Below are positions 60,806-64,000 of a stretch of 64,000 nt of DNA, one piece after another. Below the pieces are notes generated by a model. It saw only the letters and a list, made by a program, of their open reading frames with translations. It did no database searches and was not told the DNA's origin. Source of the DNA: Setoptus koraiensis (taxonomy: Eukaryota; Animalia; Arthropoda); assembly GCA_048013815.1 (NCBI GenBank), contig CM106585.1, positions 10,850,001-10,914,000 of the forward strand. The letters run 5' to 3'. Numbering within the stretch: position 1 is the stretch's first letter; each line of letters begins with the position of its first letter. Position numbers and translations under genes: made by a program.

Positions 60806-61297
60806 CTACTTTTCCTCACACCATTCGTTTTCTCGTTTTACATCCGCCTCCTCTTCAGGAGTGAAGTCATTCTGGATGTTGAATGTCCTTCTGATTTCTT
60901 CGGGATACTTTCCCTTTATCTGGTTGGCAACTGTTTTACATGCCGAATCTAGTAAACCCTCTATTCCTAAGTAGTTTGCTGCTAATAACAGTTCAAAGAG
61001 AGTTCCTTGATCCACTTTGAGAAAATCGACGTCCCAGGCGCTTATATCATCTGTGCGCTTTTCTCTGGCCTCGTCATCGTCCCGATTTGTGGCGTCGTCT
61101 TTGTGGTAAGTGGCCCACTGTATCACTCGCTTCAAAATGGCGCCGGTAACGTTCTGGAGAGGTATGGGATCGTCCTCATCGCTTTGAACATCAATTTGGT
61201 CCATCATAGTTTTTATCGTTGTCGAGGCCGCAATAATGTCTCTCTCGACATCAAATACCTCACCATCTGCACTTTGTAATTTTATTGTGAGACCCAT
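60806..61297 (-). CDS. SKP1: S-phase kinase-associated protein 1, intronless, 163 aa
   Basis: [63 protein letters not shown]...ENEWCEEK. Confidence 0.97.
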   Translation of the reverse strand: MGLTIKLQSADGEVFDVERDIIAASTTIKTMMDQIDVQSDEDDPIPLQNVTGAILKRVIQWATYHKDDATNRDDDEAREKRTDDISAWDVDFLKVDQGTLFELLLAANYLGIEGLLDSACKTVANQIKGKYPEEIRRTFNIQNDFTPEEEADVKRENEWCEEK

Positions 61298-61477
61298 TTT
61301 CTTGAGAATTCAGTTGCTTGGTGGGATCTTTTTAATTTAAATGTGTGACAATACTGATAATATATTATTGGCAATTTTATTTACTGTTTGCGTATATTTA
61401 TTTATTTCGTTGATATCGAGAAAGAAATGATTGACTGTGATACATCCTCCTTAGAAAATATTTCTACGGGAAGATGA

Positions 61478-61666
61478 AAATGCCAACCGTCTCTGCGCAG
61501 AACTGAGCGGCAAATTTGATTCACAGTCCTTTGATTCAAAGGCTTTGATATTTCAAGTAATTCTCTTGAAAGAGGTTGGCTCTTCAAAATCAAGCCAGAA
61601 GACGAGAAAGAGCTGGATAAACTCATGAATGAAACACAATATGGTACCTATTCAGATCAAGATGAA
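61478..61666 (+). pseudogene. Probable decayed glycine cleavage H-protein (GCSH/GcvH)-like fragment
   Basis: SNSLERGWLFKIKPEDEKELDKLMNETQYGTY resembles the GCSH C-terminus (NKSCYEDGWLIKM...SELDELMSEEAYEKY). LCAELSGK lies upstream in another frame at the expected spacing; the lipoyl-Lys motif is not seen. Confidence 0.45.
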
Positions 61667-62373
61667 TTACAATTGACTATAGTCTTTATGAACACTCCAG
61701 TGTACCCAGAACAAGAAAACGCTAGTCTCATGCTCAACTTCGGCCAAAAAAATTCTAAATTTTTCTTGGGATTTTCTGAAATTAGACCCACTATTTGGAT
61801 CCACAATAGTCCCTCAAGCATCTACGGATGATGCTTGGGGTGGAAAATAAATTTCAGTAAATATCAGGACTAATAATGAAAATTTTGGTTGATTGGTTGG
61901 TTGGTTGGTAATTCCTAGCGTAATTAATACAGCGAGCGTATTCGTAAAGTAGTAAATGGGCGTATTTCAACAAATTTGTGGATTTTTCGGTATCAAATAA
62001 TTGTCAAAATTTACACTTTATTTCAACTCAAATCACCTAATACTATATTCTCGCGACGAATAGAAGCAAAACAATAGAGTTCTGGAAAATATTACGATTA
62101 TTCCAAAAACTAGACTTCAGTTGAGGTTTTTATATATCTTTTCTTGCTCAGCTTGATCAGGAGAGAAGATTTCGGCTATAGTCAGTTGGAATCTTTTGTA
62201 CCTGGAAAGGAGGTTTACCTTGTCAGTTTTACAACAACAAAAACAGCTGTACAAGTGCGTGTGCCCACAATAAAAATAGCACGCAACAACAAGAAAATTC
62301 TTTATTTATTGTACTGGTTGGTTGTAACGTTATCACATCCAGAGCGAGGAATAAACCTCTCAGCTGCCGCAAC

Positions 62374-62760
62374 TCAGCGCGCACTTGCATGATTGTTCTT
62401 ATCCGCACTGACGACAAGGATATTGAACTTCAAGGCGTATTTATTACCCAGAGCTCATGGGGCCTCATCAATTACTTCGTCGGTCATAAGAACCAAAATC
62501 TTGTTAGAATTCACAGGCAATTAATATTTTTCTATCGAAGATTTGACAGTGTTGACGATACTGTCAGTCGCTTTGGTGTCATAGATACATCTCGAAATAC
62601 CCTTCGTTTCCACCACAACAAATCGCGTCGACGTCGTACGATTTTTTTCATCAAACAAATAGCCCGGTATAGATTAAACATCTGGCTCAGTCTCGTGGAA
62701 TTTTCATGGGGGAAAATTCATTCTAGCTAATTTCGTTGGAAACATAATTGGCGAAAGTTA
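62374..62760 (-). pseudogene. Tandem pseudogene paralogue of the adjacent PP2C-like gene
   Basis: One frame reads MFPTKLARMNFPP*KFHETEPDV*SIPGYLFDEKNRTTSTRFVVVETKGISR, aligning to FFPPCELTR...KYHDSEPEIRIAPRYFFDETDAMMSTQFVVLETASLAR; four internal in-frame stops. Confidence 0.85.
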
Positions 62761-62919
62761 ATCCTGATCAAGTTTTTGTCATTTTTCTTGTGAAGTCTAG
62801 CTCTCGTTTAGTCATCGTCGATATCTCATCGACCTAGATGGACAATATGATTGTTTGCATTTAGTATCGGAAAGCCTATTTCGAGAGGTGTTCGGAATTT
62901 ATGCTCGCATTGGCGCAAT

Positions 62920-63357
62920 TCAATGAACACCTCCATAGTCGTCTTTCTCTAGTCCGATGACAAGCACATGATCACTACCGATAAGCGAACTCGGACGTGG
63001 CTTCGCCTTGGCTTTATCCAATATTTTGTCGACCATGGCGGCGTACATGGTTTTTTCTTGGAACAGATCTTCTTGGTAATACTTGACATTATCCGCAATG
63101 ATATCAGTCACTTCGGAGTCTTCGAGGCTTCTCGCAAGGCTAGCTGTCTCCAATACAACAAATTGTGTCGACATCATGGCGTCTGTTTCGTCGAAGAAAT
63201 ATCTAGGAGCGATTCTAATCTCTGGTTCAGAGTCGTGATATTTGCCGTCCCGATAATGATCCGAAGCAAATGACCTCGTTAGCTCGCACGGTGGAAAAAA
63301 CAAAGAAGATGGACACAAATGGAGATTTTTCTCGGAATGAAGGAGTACCTCTTGTTC
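62920..63357 (-). CDS. Divergent PP2C/PPM-family protein, last exon
   Basis: attcag|GAACAAGAG gives DHTIDN-EQE; LTRSF, EPEI, FVVLET, SDHVLVI correspond to the PPM C-terminal motifs. Confidence 0.8.
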   Translation of the reverse strand, partial: EQEVLLHSEKNLHLCPSSLFFPPCELTRSFASDHYRDGKYHDSEPEIRIAPRYFFDETDAMMSTQFVVLETASLARSLEDSEVTDIIADNVKYYQEDLFQEKTMYAAMVDKILDKAKAKPRPSSLIGSDHVLVIGLEKDDYGGVH

Positions 63358-63468
63358 CTGAATAGTGAACGATAGAGAGTTGAGCAAATAAGACAATCAG
63401 TCAATCAGAAGGCGGTAAATAAATTAGCAACGTGATTCGTGGGTCCGGAGGAACACCATTCGTCTTAC

Positions 63469-63834
63469 ATTATCTATGGTGTGGTCGCTGGTCAATCTAT
63501 TGGTATTGAGATCTTCATCGTAAGTTAAAACACGAACGTCGCCCAGCCAGGCAACGATCAAGTTATATTTTGTCACAATTAAAACCGATGCTGCCGTGCA
63601 GCTTTGGTTTTTTTCTGGGTCCTCTCGCGTCCATTGATCCACACGAGTAAATGCATCTTTTATAATTTTGGCTATTTCATTCCGGAGCCCTTCAGCCTGA
63701 TCAGCAACGGATGATAGAACATCGTCATTCTCTTGGAACGTGATCATCGGATTAGTCACCATATCTAGCAGTGGCAACAGATCCTTGACGGCATTGGCCA
63801 CCTCAATCAAAAGCATGCCTTTTACTCTAACAAC
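63469..63834 (-). CDS. Divergent PP2C/PPM-family protein, middle exon
   Basis: gttag|GTTGTT...GATAAT|gtaaga; contains AF.RVD, SCTA, LIVAWLGDVR and LTSDHT PPM motifs. Confidence 0.85.
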
Positions 63835-63926
63835 CTAACAATTATAACGTAATCAATAAAAATGAGATGTGTGTATCAGTGTAGGAGAAAATAATCACTG
63901 ATTGCAAGCCAAATTTTACTACATAC

Positions 63927-64000
63927 ATGACCGTCGTAAAGTGCGAAAAATGCATTTCCGTTTCTATCCTCCATCGCGTCGAATTCATCAGTTAAATTAT
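63927..64000 (-). CDS. Divergent PP2C/PPM-family protein, upstream exon (5' partial, runs off the window)
   Basis: Reads ...DEFDAMEDRNGNAFFALYDGH|gtatgt (PPM motifs 1 and 2). Confidence 0.85.

Overview
Eukaryotic arthropod-type genomic DNA. It is probably a compact-genome acariform mite, inferred from intronless housekeeping genes, short GT-AG introns and an ML-domain (mite group-2-allergen/NPC2-like) gene; the taxon is not proven. The window has two sharply different compartments. (1) About 1-45 kb is microsatellite- and palindrome-rich and gene-poor. It holds an NPC2-like gene, an intronless XPB/ERCC3, and one engrailed-family homeobox gene on the minus strand. That gene is split into four exons, with an 18.5-kb first intron that contains a candidate 9-nt microexon. 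(2) About 46-64 kb is very compact and gene-dense: CCT4, cytoplasmic Asn-tRNA synthetase, CoREST, an LDLR-family receptor, RBM5/10, TIMM9, MED8, GTF3C6, NDUFAF8, SKP1 and a divergent PP2C. The most notable discoveries are products of short-range duplication. The AsnRS gene has taken over a copy of the CCT4 promoter and first ~40 codons, making a chimeric gene. A small tandem duplication separates the convergent NDUFAF8 and SKP1 3' ends. Scrambled fragments of the LDLR-like gene sit 19 kb away between direct repeats. A decayed PP2C paralogue lies next to its parent. All identifications come from motif recognition by eye; no searches were run.
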